This document shows, one piece after another, positions 17,567 through 27,758 of a stretch of 64,000 bases of DNA (the stretch's first letter is position 1; each line of letters starts with the position of its first letter). The notes beneath the pieces are model-generated. The model did no database searches, had not been told where the DNA came from, and worked only from the letters and a program-made list of their open reading frames with translations. Made by a program: the position numbers and the translations under genes. Source of the DNA: a virus (taxonomy: Duplodnaviria; Heunggongvirae; Uroviricota; Caudoviricetes); IMG/VR virus record IMGVR_UViG_3300047317_001031, positions 1 to 64,000 of that record; one strand, 5' to 3'.

Positions 17567-18922
17567 ATCGCAACGAGGATCAGATCTCAGGGACGATGCG
17601 AGCACGACCTCAAGCGCCTATGCGAGCTACGGGGGTGGACAATCGCAACGAGGATCAGATCTCAGGGACGATGCGAGTTTCATAATCGCCGAAATCCCAA
17701 GCGTTCCATGGGGAAATCGCAACGAGGATCAGATCTCAGGGACGATGCGAGCGTGTACGTGATGCACTCGGAGCTTCCTTCCCACTGATCGCAACGAGGA
17801 TCAGATCTCAGGGACGATGCGAGCAAGAAACTCAGGCGGCGTGCGAGCGAAGCCCACGCCATCGCAACGAGGATCAGATCTCAGGGACGATGCGAGCTGA
17901 GCGATAAAAGCGAGCGCTTCGGCGGTCCCTGCATCGCAACGAGGATCAGATCTCAGGGACGATGCGAGGTAAGCATGCGGGTATCGAGCGTCAATGCGTA
18001 CAACCATCGCAACGAGGATCAGATCTCAGGGACGATGCGAGAAGATGTCAGGAATTCCGCCTTGTCTCTCGGGATGCACATCGCAACGAGGATCAGATCT
18101 CAGGGACGATGCGAGGCGGAGATTTGCAAAAATTTTCGCGAGCGCTTTTGATCGCAACGAGGATCAGATCTCAGGGACGATGCGAGCATAGTGCCGTGCG
18201 ACTAGTAGCCGTGCGAGTATCAAGATCGCAACGAGGATCAGATCTCAGGGACGATGCGAGTAATGGAAGGGCGTGGCGTATGTGCGGAGAGCTATATTGC
18301 AACGAGGATCAGATCTCAGGGACGATGCGAGGTGGATGGGCATTCCACTCCGTATAGAGCTGTGCTACTCGTCGTAGTGACGATCAGATCTAAGGGACGA
18401 TGCGAGCCATAACGTGATGTGGCCGGAATCCATACAAGGCGTCGTAGCGACGATCAGATCTAAGGAACGATGCAAGCGTTTAGCGTTTTAGGATGTGGAG
18501 AAGCGCGTCTCCGTCGTAGCGAGGATCAGATCTAAAGGACGATGTGAGTAAAGGATTCATAGTGCATAGGGACGATGCGAGTGTGGTACGACAAAAAAAT
18601 CTGGGAGGAAAGTTCGGCATCGTAGCGGGGATCGGATCTAAGGGACGATGCGAGACGTATATTTCGGAAGCGGTTGCCAATTTCCCCATTGATCGTAACG
18701 AGGATCAGATTCTAAAGGACGATGCGAGCTTGGAATCCGCAGCGGGTCGAGCAGCGCATTGGTCGCGTCATAGCGAGGATCGGATCTCAGGGACGATGCA
18801 AGTTGATTGGCTGGGTTCGGCACGATATTCCAAGATAGACGTCGCAACAAGGATCAGATCTCAGGGACGATGCGAGTGAGCGACAAACAGGCGGATGCTA
18901 AGATCAAAGGGGACGATGCGAG
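17567..18922 (+). CRISPR. CRISPR array: 11 conserved 36-nt repeats plus about 8 degenerate repeats
   Basis: Repeat ATCGCAACGAGGATCAGATCTCAGGGACGATGCGAG at 17567, 17642, 17716, 17788, 17861, 17933, 18006, 18080, 18151, 18225, 18296. Unique spacers of 35-39 nt. Repeats degenerate progressively from 18371 to 18922 (gtcgtagtgacgatcagatctaagggacgatgcgag etc.), placing the leader at the cas-proximal end. Confidence 0.9.
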
Positions 18923-18974
18923 GGGTGACCCGCGCCGTTGTGATTTTCGGAGATCGGCGGAATCGCTCAACACT

Positions 18975-19592
18975 TTATTCCGAAAAAAGTCTCTCTACTT
19001 CTTTGACGAGATTTTGCATGTAAAGTGGGGCTTGCGGGTCCAGGGTCAGCCCAAACGGCCCGCGGGAAGCAGATATGCGGATCTTCGCTTGAGCATCTGC
19101 TGGGAGGCTCGCGAAGCCCGCTAGAGCACGTTCTCGCCTGGTTTCTTGATCATCACGAAGACGAAGCATCCGCATTCTACTTTCGATATCCTGAATGATC
19201 GCGGGCCGATGATCTAGGCAAGCCCAAATCGGGGTTCGCCATTCCGCCGGGGAACGGATATACGCAACGGTATCGGAACTTGCACAGCTTGCTTCCGAAC
19301 AGAAGCCCCGTTTGATTTTTCCACGCTTGATGTAAACCGAAAGCTTCGATCGTGCTACATGGAGGGCACGGTCTTCTTCCGCTTCGTCTTTCGTGGCAGT
19401 TCGGCGGTTAAGGAGAACAGTTTTTCGGTTCTTCTTATACCATCGGCGAAACGCAGCAGAATTACAATGCCGGCAATCGTATCCCCCGACTCGCGCTTGC
19501 CTGCTACATCCTTTGGTACTGCATTCGCGTTTGCGGGGAATAAGCGGCAGGGCTTCTTCTCTAGCCTCTATCATCATGCCGCACCATCGCAT
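18975..19592 (-). CDS. hypothetical Cys-rich protein
   Basis: CSTKGC...CRHCN clusters; convergent with the CRISPR array. Confidence 0.35.
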   Translation of the reverse strand: MRWCGMMIEAREEALPLIPRKRECSTKGCSRQARVGGYDCRHCNSAAFRRWYKKNRKTVLLNRRTATKDEAEEDRALHVARSKLSVYIKRGKIKRGFCSEASCASSDTVAYIRSPAEWRTPIWACLDHRPAIIQDIESRMRMLRLRDDQETRRERALAGFASLPADAQAKIRISASRGPFGLTLDPQAPLYMQNLVKEVERLFSE

Positions 19593-20106
19593 TACCTATT
19601 TCTCGCGCCCGAGCGAGCGTGCTCTCCCGGTGCTCCTTCAGGGCGCGATCATAGGCTTCCCATGCGGACGGCGGTTCTATACGATCAGAAAGCTTGGGAG
19701 CGGGCTTCTTCGCCTGCACGGGCTTGGGATCGGGGTTCATCTTCCGTGCTCGCTTGCGTTCGTACTCTTCCCAGATCCCCTTATGGGCTGGAACGAATGC
19801 CTCGCGCCCCTTCAGATGCAAGGTTTCCGGCCAATAAACAAGCCTCATCGTATTGCAACGAGCATGCGCTAGCCGATAATTCAAAGTAGTACTAAGCCCC
19901 TTAAATGCTCGCGGCGTTACATGGTCTATCGTCGCCGAGCGGGCTTCCCTGGGGCCGGCATGGAGATCAACGGCTATCCCACAAAGCCAACAGGCGATAC
20001 CGTCGCGATTGATGACGATACGGATAGCATCTCGATGCCAAAGCGATTCGAGAGACACCCCTTCGGGAACCGGAATAAACGGGTGGGGAGCGTCTTTCGT
20101 GCTCAT
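19561..20106 (-). CDS. HNH endonuclease
   Basis: CWLCG...TIDHVTPRAFKG...NYRLAHARCN, HNH core. Confidence 0.75.
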   Translation of the reverse strand: MSTKDAPHPFIPVPEGVSLESLWHRDAIRIVINRDGIACWLCGIAVDLHAGPREARSATIDHVTPRAFKGLSTTLNYRLAHARCNTMRLVYWPETLHLKGREAFVPAHKGIWEEYERKRARKMNPDPKPVQAKKPAPKLSDRIEPPSAWEAYDRALKEHRESTLARAREIGNAMVRHDDRG

Positions 20107-20458
20107 TTTCCTGATTTACGGCACGTTGGCGGAGATAACATCTTAGACGCAAACACTCATTTTAAGTGAGTAGATGGAAACAACCCTAGGCGAACGTTTC
20201 CATGCCGATGTTCGCCCATATCCCCCACGTACTACATTAAAATAGGTGGTTCGTGGGGAATCGCCCAAGGAAACGGCATGTCCAAGGACCTTACGATTAC
20301 CCCCCCCCCAAGAGGTTGACGAATGCCTTCACCGCCTCGGGGTTCCAGCTGACGCGACCCCATACGAACGCTTCGTCGCGCTCGTTCGCCTCTGCCTTAA
20401 TACGCCTCCCCCTCCAGGCGGATTTCATCCAAGAATAACAGGCTAGCTTAATTTTTCA

Positions 20459-20504
20459 TATAAGAAGGCGGCATGCTATGAACTAAGCAGGTCGCCTTCT
20501 TATA
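20459..20504. repeat. 12-bp inverted repeat (tataagaaggcg / cgccttcttata) with 22-nt spacer
   Basis: Read directly; lies just 3' of the parG-like gene. Candidate terminator or centromere-like site. Confidence 0.4.
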
Positions 20505-20512
20505 CTACAACG

Positions 20513-20893
20513 CTACGTGGTTAGCGTGTTTGATCCTATAGGATGCCTAGATGCCTCATTCGCACGACGATTCCGCTCTGCCGCGAGCATGTCTTCGATG
20601 AAATGGGAATAGGCGGTACTACGTTGACCATTTGGTCGCACATGACCACGCCGCGCTTCTTCAACAAACGCATCTAAATCCGGGGGCAAATCAATCGTCT
20701 TTTTTCGGTATATTCCGCGCCCCTTGGGACCAGGACGCTTCGGAGCCCTCTCTACTGATAATATGACGGGAACAGCTTCTTCCGCCTTCTCGCCTTCTTT
20801 TCCGATCGGACTCTCAGAAGGCGCAGAATGTTTCTTTAGTACGCTCTTCATATCAAACTTATTCGTGGTTGAACTCGTCTTATGCACGGGCAA
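20513..20893 (-). CDS. ParG-like centromere-binding protein (C-terminal RHH)
   Basis: Downstream partner of ParA on the same strand; C-terminal TIDLPPDLDAFVEEARRG is RHH-like; overlaps the ParA stop. Confidence 0.5.
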   Translation of the reverse strand: MPVHKTSSTTNKFDMKSVLKKHSAPSESPIGKEGEKAEEAVPVILSVERAPKRPGPKGRGIYRKKTIDLPPDLDAFVEEARRGHVRPNGQRSTAYSHFIEDMLAAERNRRANEASRHPIGSNTLTT

Positions 20894-21656
20894 GGTACTC
20901 CTCGGCTAGGGCGATATAGTCTTGTGCTCCATGTGAGCGGCAATCATAGGCGATAACTGAACATCTCAGAAGGTAGGATTCCGGGATACGAACATTATTC
21001 CTTATCACCGTCTGAAATGTAGGGAACGAGGATTCTGCTCTTAGCTCCGTTAGACTTTCAGGATCTATCCGATTTCTCGCATCGTATTGCGTTGCGAGGT
21101 ATGTTCCACGCGGCCTACCATGCGGCATCAGATCCGGGTCGTCCACAAGCTGAGAAAGTAGTGCATGCATATCCGCAACCCCCTCAAGCGCCTTCGGCTT
21201 CGTTTCTACTGGAATGAGCAATTCGTCGGCGGCGATGATCGCATTACTCGTAAGAATCCCCGGCGACGGCGGAGCGTCGATAAGCGCGATATCGTAATGA
21301 TCAGAAACCATTCGAAGGCATTTCCGTAGCCGAAGAACGGCGGTCGCTGGATTCTTCATGAGCATAATCTCGGCTCCGGCTGTACTCAAAGATCCGTGGG
21401 CAACATCTACTCCGGGAGATCGGCTTGGGGCGATACATTCAGGGAAAAGCCTTGGATCATCTAGCGCATCGGCTACTCGACATGAACTTCCCGTTCCGAT
21501 GTATGTCGTCGCATTTGCTTGAGCGTCAAGATCAACCACAAGAACTCGCTTGCCATGCATCCCAAGAGCATGTGCAAAATTGACGGCTGTCGTCGTCTTC
21601 GCTACGCCGCCCGCGATATTCACAACTGAAATGACGTTCATCTTGCATTCTCGCAT
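20880..21656 (-). CDS. parA: ParA/Soj partition ATPase
   Basis: Deviant Walker A NIAGGVAKTTTAVNFAHAL plus VLVVDLDAQANAT. Confidence 0.85.
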   Translation of the reverse strand: MRECKMNVISVVNIAGGVAKTTTAVNFAHALGMHGKRVLVVDLDAQANATTYIGTGSSCRVADALDDPRLFPECIAPSRSPGVDVAHGSLSTAGAEIMLMKNPATAVLRLRKCLRMVSDHYDIALIDAPPSPGILTSNAIIAADELLIPVETKPKALEGVADMHALLSQLVDDPDLMPHGRPRGTYLATQYDARNRIDPESLTELRAESSFPTFQTVIRNNVRIPESYLLRCSVIAYDCRSHGAQDYIALAEEYLARA

Positions 21657-21758
21657 GGCGAGAGGGTCGTTTCTGGATCAATTATTCTCATAAAGATACC
21701 AATTATATGTGATAAATCATCTTGCCTTCTTAGATTACTTCATGATATACAGGGCGAG

Positions 21759-22223
21759 ATGATTGAATATTCGAATGGCGATATTTTCACAAGCGGAGCC
21801 GAGGCGATCGTGAACCCCGTGAATTGCGTGGGCATCATGGGCGGGGGATTAGCGGCGGATTTCAAGGCACGTTTCAAGGGGAACTACCAAAGATATCGAC
21901 GCGCCTGTGATGCAGAAGAAGTCAAGCCTGGGGAGATGTTCATTATTGAAGAGATTGTCGCTGGAACTCGTACTGTTATTTTCAATTTCCCGACGAAATT
22001 CCACTGGCGAAACGATAGCAAAATAGAATGGATCGAATCCGGGCTTCGCGCGCTCGTGGAAGAAGTGAAAAAGCGTGAGATAAAGTCCATCGCGATCCCG
22101 GCCCTCGGATGCGGCCTCGGCGGATTAAAGTGGAACGACGTGCGCCCGCTTATCGAAGGCGCCGGGAAGATGATCCCGGAAGTTCGCGTTATCATTTTCC
22201 CGCCGAAGGAAAATCATGACTAA
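21759..22223 (+). CDS. macrodomain protein (ADP-ribose binding/hydrolase)
   Basis: GDIFTSGAEAIVNPVNCVGIMGGGLAADF matches the macro domain N-terminal signature. Confidence 0.7.
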   Translation: MIEYSNGDIFTSGAEAIVNPVNCVGIMGGGLAADFKARFKGNYQRYRRACDAEEVKPGEMFIIEEIVAGTRTVIFNFPTKFHWRNDSKIEWIESGLRALVEEVKKREIKSIAIPALGCGLGGLKWNDVRPLIEGAGKMIPEVRVIIFPPKENHD

Positions 22224-22396
22224 TCCAAACGATATTCTCGTGCATTGCCAATCCCCTCAAGAGATGCTAAGTGCAAAGAGCTTTCTCGTACAGGGCATGT
22301 TCTATGGAGGCTTTGCAATAGGCGTATGCATGAATTGCGCGGCGAACATTTCCTTTCGAATTTGGGGGACGATAATGCACACGCTATGTTCCCGAT

Positions 22397-22834
22397 GTGA
22401 ATATCCGATGGACCCGAACCGAGGAAAAGAAGACCCTTGTGGATAGGATAAAACATGCTCGTAGTGAATGGAATCGCTTCGAGGCTCATTTTCGACATGG
22501 GAATAGGGGGGTTATTGGAATCAGTTCATCTTTCCCTTATGAAGATATTTGGTTCGCGGATTATCCGTGGATACGTGCTATCGTTCGATATAATATTTCG
22601 GAAAAGAGACTTATGATAACGCTCCGTCCTGGAACGGCAAAGGATGACGGGTTGCTTCCCCTCACTCGTTTTTGGCCGCATGCTCTTGGACGCTATACTT
22701 ATGCAGACGCACAAAGCATGTGTCTATATAGCAACCCTGAAATATCGCGAGAAGAAGCAATGCATACCGCGAATGTACTAGCGGCCCACATTGATGAAGT
22801 AAGCATCATCGAGAGCGGGAAGATATCAACATGA
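22397..22834 (+). CDS. hypothetical protein
   Basis: Intact ORF; no recognisable domain. Confidence 0.3.
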   Translation: MNIRWTRTEEKKTLVDRIKHARSEWNRFEAHFRHGNRGVIGISSSFPYEDIWFADYPWIRAIVRYNISEKRLMITLRPGTAKDDGLLPLTRFWPHALGRYTYADAQSMCLYSNPEISREEAMHTANVLAAHIDEVSIIESGKIST

Positions 22835-23154
22835 ATATTCTCACAAAAATCCTTGCAATCTTGATCCATACGGCATTCGTAATTCTTGCCGCATGGATTA
22901 TTGTAAAATTTAGTGGAATTCTTCCTTGGGCACAGTTTATTGTTATAATAATGGCGAAGATTTGCATTGTTTTGGGAGTCATCTCCACAATCGCGCACAT
23001 TCTTCTTGAGATTTCATCGCGGCAGAAAACGATCACGATAACCCGTTCCATAAAGTGGAAATAATGGGGGCTAGTTTTTTCACGCCCGTTTATCGAACGT
23101 ATGATGAATGCAAAGGCCGTGGAGTTATCTATGTCCCGGTTTTAGTTGATCTAG

Positions 23155-23547
23155 ATGGAGAAATGCGAGATGGATTCACCGTCTATGCATGCGAAGTATG
23201 TAATGGGAGCGGCAAGAAATAACTTGGAATACAACGCTGAGAAATTTCGCGACCTTGGAAGGCGGCAATTAGGATCATGCTCACCAAAATCGCGCGGTGC
23301 TGCGCGGGCTTTACTTCTGGCGGTGAGCGAAGCCGAACGTCTTCGAGAGATTTCCTTTGCACTTGTTGATGATCTCATGAGCATGGCAAAGAAACAGCCC
23401 AACCCTGATATTCTCGATCTATGCGGTATTCGCTCAATGCGTAAAAATATTATTTCGAAACGCCCGATAAGTAAAAAGATGCCGTATGCCGTTAGAGCTT
23501 TTCTTGGCATTCCTCTGGAACCTTCCAAGGTCCACAAGCTTCAATGA
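23155..23547 (+). CDS. hypothetical protein
   Basis: Intact ORF; no recognisable domain. Confidence 0.3.
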   Translation: MEKCEMDSPSMHAKYVMGAARNNLEYNAEKFRDLGRRQLGSCSPKSRGAARALLLAVSEAERLREISFALVDDLMSMAKKQPNPDILDLCGIRSMRKNIISKRPISKKMPYAVRAFLGIPLEPSKVHKLQ

Positions 23548-23919
23548 GGCTACAGTTTTTACATCAGAAAATATAGCAACCCGAGAAGTACGTCGCCATA
23601 GAAGATGATACACCTTCTTTTTCGGGATATTTCAGGCGCCCCCCAATCACTAGGATTAGGACCCTGAACGGAGAAACATCGGAGGCGCTGGTTTTCACCG
23701 CGCCTCCTTAAAAATTAGGAGCGACCCATCTCGCACCTCTCGCTAACGCCCATCCAAGCAAAGATCCGCGTTAGAAAGATTTCGGGATTGCCCTCAAGAG
23801 GGCCGCAATGCACCACCCCATACCCTATTACCGATAAGGAAGCATGCCTTGAGACGATTCGCAAAAGGAAGTTCATCCCCTTCAAGTCTCGGAAAACTTA
23901 ATAATACGGGTGACCGCGC

Positions 23920-25164
23920 GTGATCGAACATATCGCCCAACCCATCATGCTCAATCTGAGCCTCATGCTTTCGCCGGAGATGGGCGCCGCTCTCTTCGCC
24001 GCGATTCCAGGGCTTCAAGCCCTCCAAGGATCGCCGATCGTTGACCCTGCCGTCGCGCAACTCACGCTCCAAGCGTTGCAGTCTGCGAAGACGGAGGATA
24101 CGGGCCTACGTCGAGCCGTAGCCGTCAAGGCCGCTTCTCAAGCGAAGGAGACCGCTTCCCGCATGGAGTCGGAACTTGACCCGTTGAGCGTTGATATGCT
24201 CCTCGTCATGTGCCGACTCTCCGGCGGGGGCATTTGTACGGCCTCCCAAGCAAGGATCGCGCGAGAAGCCGGGTGTCATAAATCCAGCTTGCAAGCGCGC
24301 CTTGACGACGGTCGCTTCCACGAGTGGATTATCGTTCGCCCGCGGCCCGGCTATCGGGTCACCAACGAGACCCACTTCACGGAAGGGACCGCCGAAGCGC
24401 TCGCTTTTATCGCTCAGGGACGCCGACGCGAGAAACGGGCTGGAAACGGTCGTCGGAAGCCTGTGGATAAGTCGTATCGCTCTGTGCAAAAACCGCCAAT
24501 ACCTGTGCAAAAACCGCCTAAGGCTACGCCTAATAACAATCCCTCGTTACCTCGTGATTGTTTTCATACTGAGCAACATAGCAAGTCTGTTGTTCCATGC
24601 GAAAAAGAAAAAAGAATGACCGTGCCTCCGATGAAAGTCGCAGAAATTGAGCACTCTCTTCCCGAGGTTTCCCTGACGGAAACCCCGGAATCTATATTTT
24701 TAGGTTTTTTGACCGACGAAGGAGTAACAACAAAGCAAGCGAGCGTCATCATAAAAACCTTCTCGCGGGATCGAATCGCTCGCAATCTGGCATTATCGGG
24801 GCGTGAGAAAGCGACGAATCCGGCGGGTTGGCTTGTGCAGGCGATCCGGGAGGATTGGGCGGGGGAAACGTCTCTTTCGCATGGGGGAAACCCGTCTTTC
24901 AGGGGTGGAAAATCTGTCGGCGGATCGGTGATGCGGGGGTCCTATGCGGTTCAATCGGTCCCTATCGCTCGAGTTCCGGCTCCGACGTCGCCCCCGATTT
25001 CGGATGCGGAGGAGCGAGCGGAATCAGCCCGGCAGGTTCTGCGAATTCGTGCTGAGCGGGAGCGTTTTGAGCGCCTTGACGCTGAAGATCGTGCGAACGG
25101 GAAGGGCCGCTACGCCCTCAAAGGGGGGAGACTCCTGCCTTTTCGGGTCCTGGATCGGATGTAA
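23920..25164 (+). CDS. hypothetical protein with wHTH-like segment (possible replication or regulatory protein)
   Basis: ASQARIAREAGCHKSSLQARL is HTH-like; internal duplicated PVQKPP peptide encoded by a DNA direct repeat. Confidence 0.3.
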   Translation: MIEHIAQPIMLNLSLMLSPEMGAALFAAIPGLQALQGSPIVDPAVAQLTLQALQSAKTEDTGLRRAVAVKAASQAKETASRMESELDPLSVDMLLVMCRLSGGGICTASQARIAREAGCHKSSLQARLDDGRFHEWIIVRPRPGYRVTNETHFTEGTAEALAFIAQGRRREKRAGNGRRKPVDKSYRSVQKPPIPVQKPPKATPNNNPSLPRDCFHTEQHSKSVVPCEKEKRMTVPPMKVAEIEHSLPEVSLTETPESIFLGFLTDEGVTTKQASVIIKTFSRDRIARNLALSGREKATNPAGWLVQAIREDWAGETSLSHGGNPSFRGGKSVGGSVMRGSYAVQSVPIARVPAPTSPPISDAEERAESARQVLRIRAERERFERLDAEDRANGKGRYALKGGRLLPFRVLDRM

Positions 25165-25418
25165 AGTTTTTGTATAGGGGAACCATGCGACGGCTTATAA
25201 GTATTGCCGCAGGAGGCAAGCGAGGCGAGTAAAATCCGCCGTAAGCCTCCAATTCCGGCCTGGTTGCTAGCAGGCGGCTAGGTTCTCTGATCGGAAACCG
25301 GGCGAAGATTGAAGCCGGAGGCGCATGGGACCCATTGAACGCAGTGATCAATCTTCGTCAGGCGGAGAACCGGGGCCGACGCCGATTTTCGCCGCAGAGA
25401 AGATGGAACGGATTTCGT

Positions 25419-26387
25419 TCATCGCTTTTTGCGATCGTGCTCAAGCGTGGGTACGGCAGGCGATACGTGATTCGCTTGGGCGCGAAGAAAAACTAAAATC
25501 TGATCAAGCACGGTTGCCGTTTCTGATCCATGTCGATTCAGTTCCTCAATCATGCGATGTTGAGAGCGAACGGCATCTTGAGTATCCCGGAGATCCTTGT
25601 GAAGTTCGAGCAGAGAAGACGGGGAATCAGGCGATTTGACGAGATGGATATGCGATGACGGTTCGTCCGTTTTGCATATGAGATACTCGACGGAGCATTT
25701 GAGGATTTTCGCGGCGTCTACGATCATATAAACGCTCGGATGTTGAACGAATCCGCTTTCGATCCGTTGGAGATTCGAACGTGTAATCATAATCTTTTCC
25801 GAAAACGTATGCAAGCTGATATTCGCATCGCGTCGTAGCCGGTGGAGTCTTTGCCCGAGGGTCTCCTGTTTTAGATCGGGCTTCATTTCGCTTATATTTG
25901 GATGCTGCGGAGCGATAATTTCCGGAGAAACCCCAAGGGTAGAGGCGCATAGTATCGCATCCTCGGGAGAAATGTCTTTAGCGCCTTGTTCATATCGCAT
26001 AATCACGCGATACGGGACATTCGCGAGGCTTGCAAAGACGCGTTGGGACATGCGCCTTTTTTCACGAAGATCGCGTAATACGACGCCGCCGGGGAACATT
26101 TTTTCGCGCGGGACAAGAGGCGTCTTAAGATTCGCGAGTTCTCGAAGATATTTCTCGCGTATATCGTCTCCCATGAGCGTTTCGATACCGACGTTGCATA
26201 AACGCGCATAGGTTCCGAGCATGTCGAGAACCGGAATTTTGGAATCATTTTCATGGCATCGGTATACGGATTCGCTAATTCGTGCGAGGTGGGCAAAATC
26301 GTTAGGCTTGTAGCCGAGCGCTAGGCGTGCGGAACGAAGGCGCTCTCCGGTCGTCGGAGATGCATGTTCTGATGAGCGAATTTTCAC
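25419..26387 (-). CDS. XRE-family regulator with three HTH_XRE domains
   Basis: Three tandem segments ending in IESG / YEQG motifs, each XRE-like; divergent from the next gene. Confidence 0.65.
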   Translation of the reverse strand: MKIRSSEHASPTTGERLRSARLALGYKPNDFAHLARISESVYRCHENDSKIPVLDMLGTYARLCNVGIETLMGDDIREKYLRELANLKTPLVPREKMFPGGVVLRDLREKRRMSQRVFASLANVPYRVIMRYEQGAKDISPEDAILCASTLGVSPEIIAPQHPNISEMKPDLKQETLGQRLHRLRRDANISLHTFSEKIMITRSNLQRIESGFVQHPSVYMIVDAAKILKCSVEYLICKTDEPSSHIHLVKSPDSPSSLLELHKDLRDTQDAVRSQHRMIEELNRHGSETATVLDQILVFLRAQANHVSPAVPTLEHDRKKR

Positions 26388-26491
26388 GGTGCCTTCCTTA
26401 AATTAGTCGGTTATGTTCACTATCGGGAGACGTTGGACAGATCCAAGAACAAGCCTCGCGCCCGAATCCTCCCCCCATTTGTTCAAAAAAT

Positions 26492-27109
26492 GTGGCCGGT
26501 ATGCCTTTACATTCAGGCGACCTTGACTTATATTTGGAGGGTACGCTGCCGGGTGCGTACGGCAACCTCCCTATAGTCACAGGAGCCAAGAGATACGTGG
26601 TTAATACTCCGACTACTCTCGCTTCCGTCCGAGTCGGACAACGGGTAAAGGTTGCTCCGCATGGAACCGTTGGATATGAGCGCACGGGGCGCATTTCCGA
26701 TTTAATTTTCTGTCGGGAACTTTTCGCTCGTGTTATTCTCGAATGCGGAGGCGTGCTGCCGACTGTGGGAGCAACGCTGCTTTCCCCGGCTCCGTCAATC
26801 CCCGAGAGACTGCCGCAATATCGTGAGATAACCGCGAGGGAAGCGTTACATCGCATCGTGCTCGCGAGGTTAGGAGTCGCGCTCACCTTCAAAGAGACCG
26901 CTCATCGTATGGGCGTGAACGTCACCACGATTAGCAATTGGAATAAAGCGGGGAAGGTATCGTCGGATCGTCTTCAGCAGCTTGCAGACGTGCTTGACGT
27001 GACGGCAGCCCAAGTACGTTTTTTGCTTGAGCGTGAGAATGCTCCGATCGTCGGGAAAGACTCCTCGCTCACGTCGTATGCGGGAAAGTCCATATACGGG
27101 CGGGCGTGA
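26492..27109 (+). CDS. HTH DNA-binding protein (Cro/CI-type neighbour)
   Basis: C-terminal TFKETAHRMGVNVTTISNWNKAGKVSSDRLQQLADVL is HTH-like; divergent from the XRE repressor. Confidence 0.45.
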   Translation: MAGMPLHSGDLDLYLEGTLPGAYGNLPIVTGAKRYVVNTPTTLASVRVGQRVKVAPHGTVGYERTGRISDLIFCRELFARVILECGGVLPTVGATLLSPAPSIPERLPQYREITAREALHRIVLARLGVALTFKETAHRMGVNVTTISNWNKAGKVSSDRLQQLADVLDVTAAQVRFLLERENAPIVGKDSSLTSYAGKSIYGRA

Positions 27110-27419
27110 CGATGCGTGACGTACGACGAGTGGAAGCTCGATCTTCCGGACGAAATATATTGCCCGGAGTGCGAACGCGCTGTGGAGACTCTCGGGAAAT
27201 ATCGAGAAGAACATCGAGAATGGTGCTCGTCGCGGCAAAACGGGGGGTTCGAAGAATATGAGACTTGAGAGAAGTGAAAAATATCTAAGCGATCCGCTTT
27301 TGCCTGTTCCATATACGTCAAGATGTGCGGACAGAAATGATCCCTATCGCCCTTGGTGGAAGCGATTGATCGCATTCTTGGCGTCTGTATGTTTTTAAGT
27401 ATAGCGGAATTCCCGTAGC

Positions 27420-27752
27420 ATGAAATGGCCTTTTTCGCGGAAATCGGAAAAAAATTCCGTGCCCGAGGAAATCCCTAGTCCGACTCCGCCGGTTCGGACT
27501 CTTGACGATGTTTTCAGTTCCGTCGTGCGTGATATGAAATTAGGCCGTCTTTCTTGCGGAGATCGAGAATTCATAAAGAGGATGACGACTTCTATGGATG
27601 AAGGCAAAAGAGGCGCTATTTTCATCTTAAATGAAGACGATAGTTTAGACTACCTTATAGCGAATGATACTTATTCCGGAGCCATTGAACTTTTTGGAAG
27701 AATGTCCATGAGATCCGCGAGAGAAATTCAAAAAAACGGGAAGGACTCATAG
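27420..27752 (+). CDS. hypothetical protein
   Basis: Intact ORF ending in TAG, in the same frame as the next gene. Confidence 0.3.
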   Translation: MKWPFSRKSEKNSVPEEIPSPTPPVRTLDDVFSSVVRDMKLGRLSCGDREFIKRMTTSMDEGKRGAIFILNEDDSLDYLIANDTYSGAIELFGRMSMRSAREIQKNGKDS

Positions 27753-27758
27753 CCGTTG

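Noticed and set aside
17507-18879. Numerous 60-130-aa ORFs on both strands between 17.5 and 18.9 kb
   Set aside because: They repeatedly contain peptides such as QRGSDLRDDAS and ASSLRSDPRCD, which are simply translations of the CRISPR repeat.
19359-19889. Plus-strand ORFs of 159 and 176 aa overlapping the Cys-rich and HNH genes
   Set aside because: Antisense to the HNH nuclease motifs; GC-rich shadow frames.
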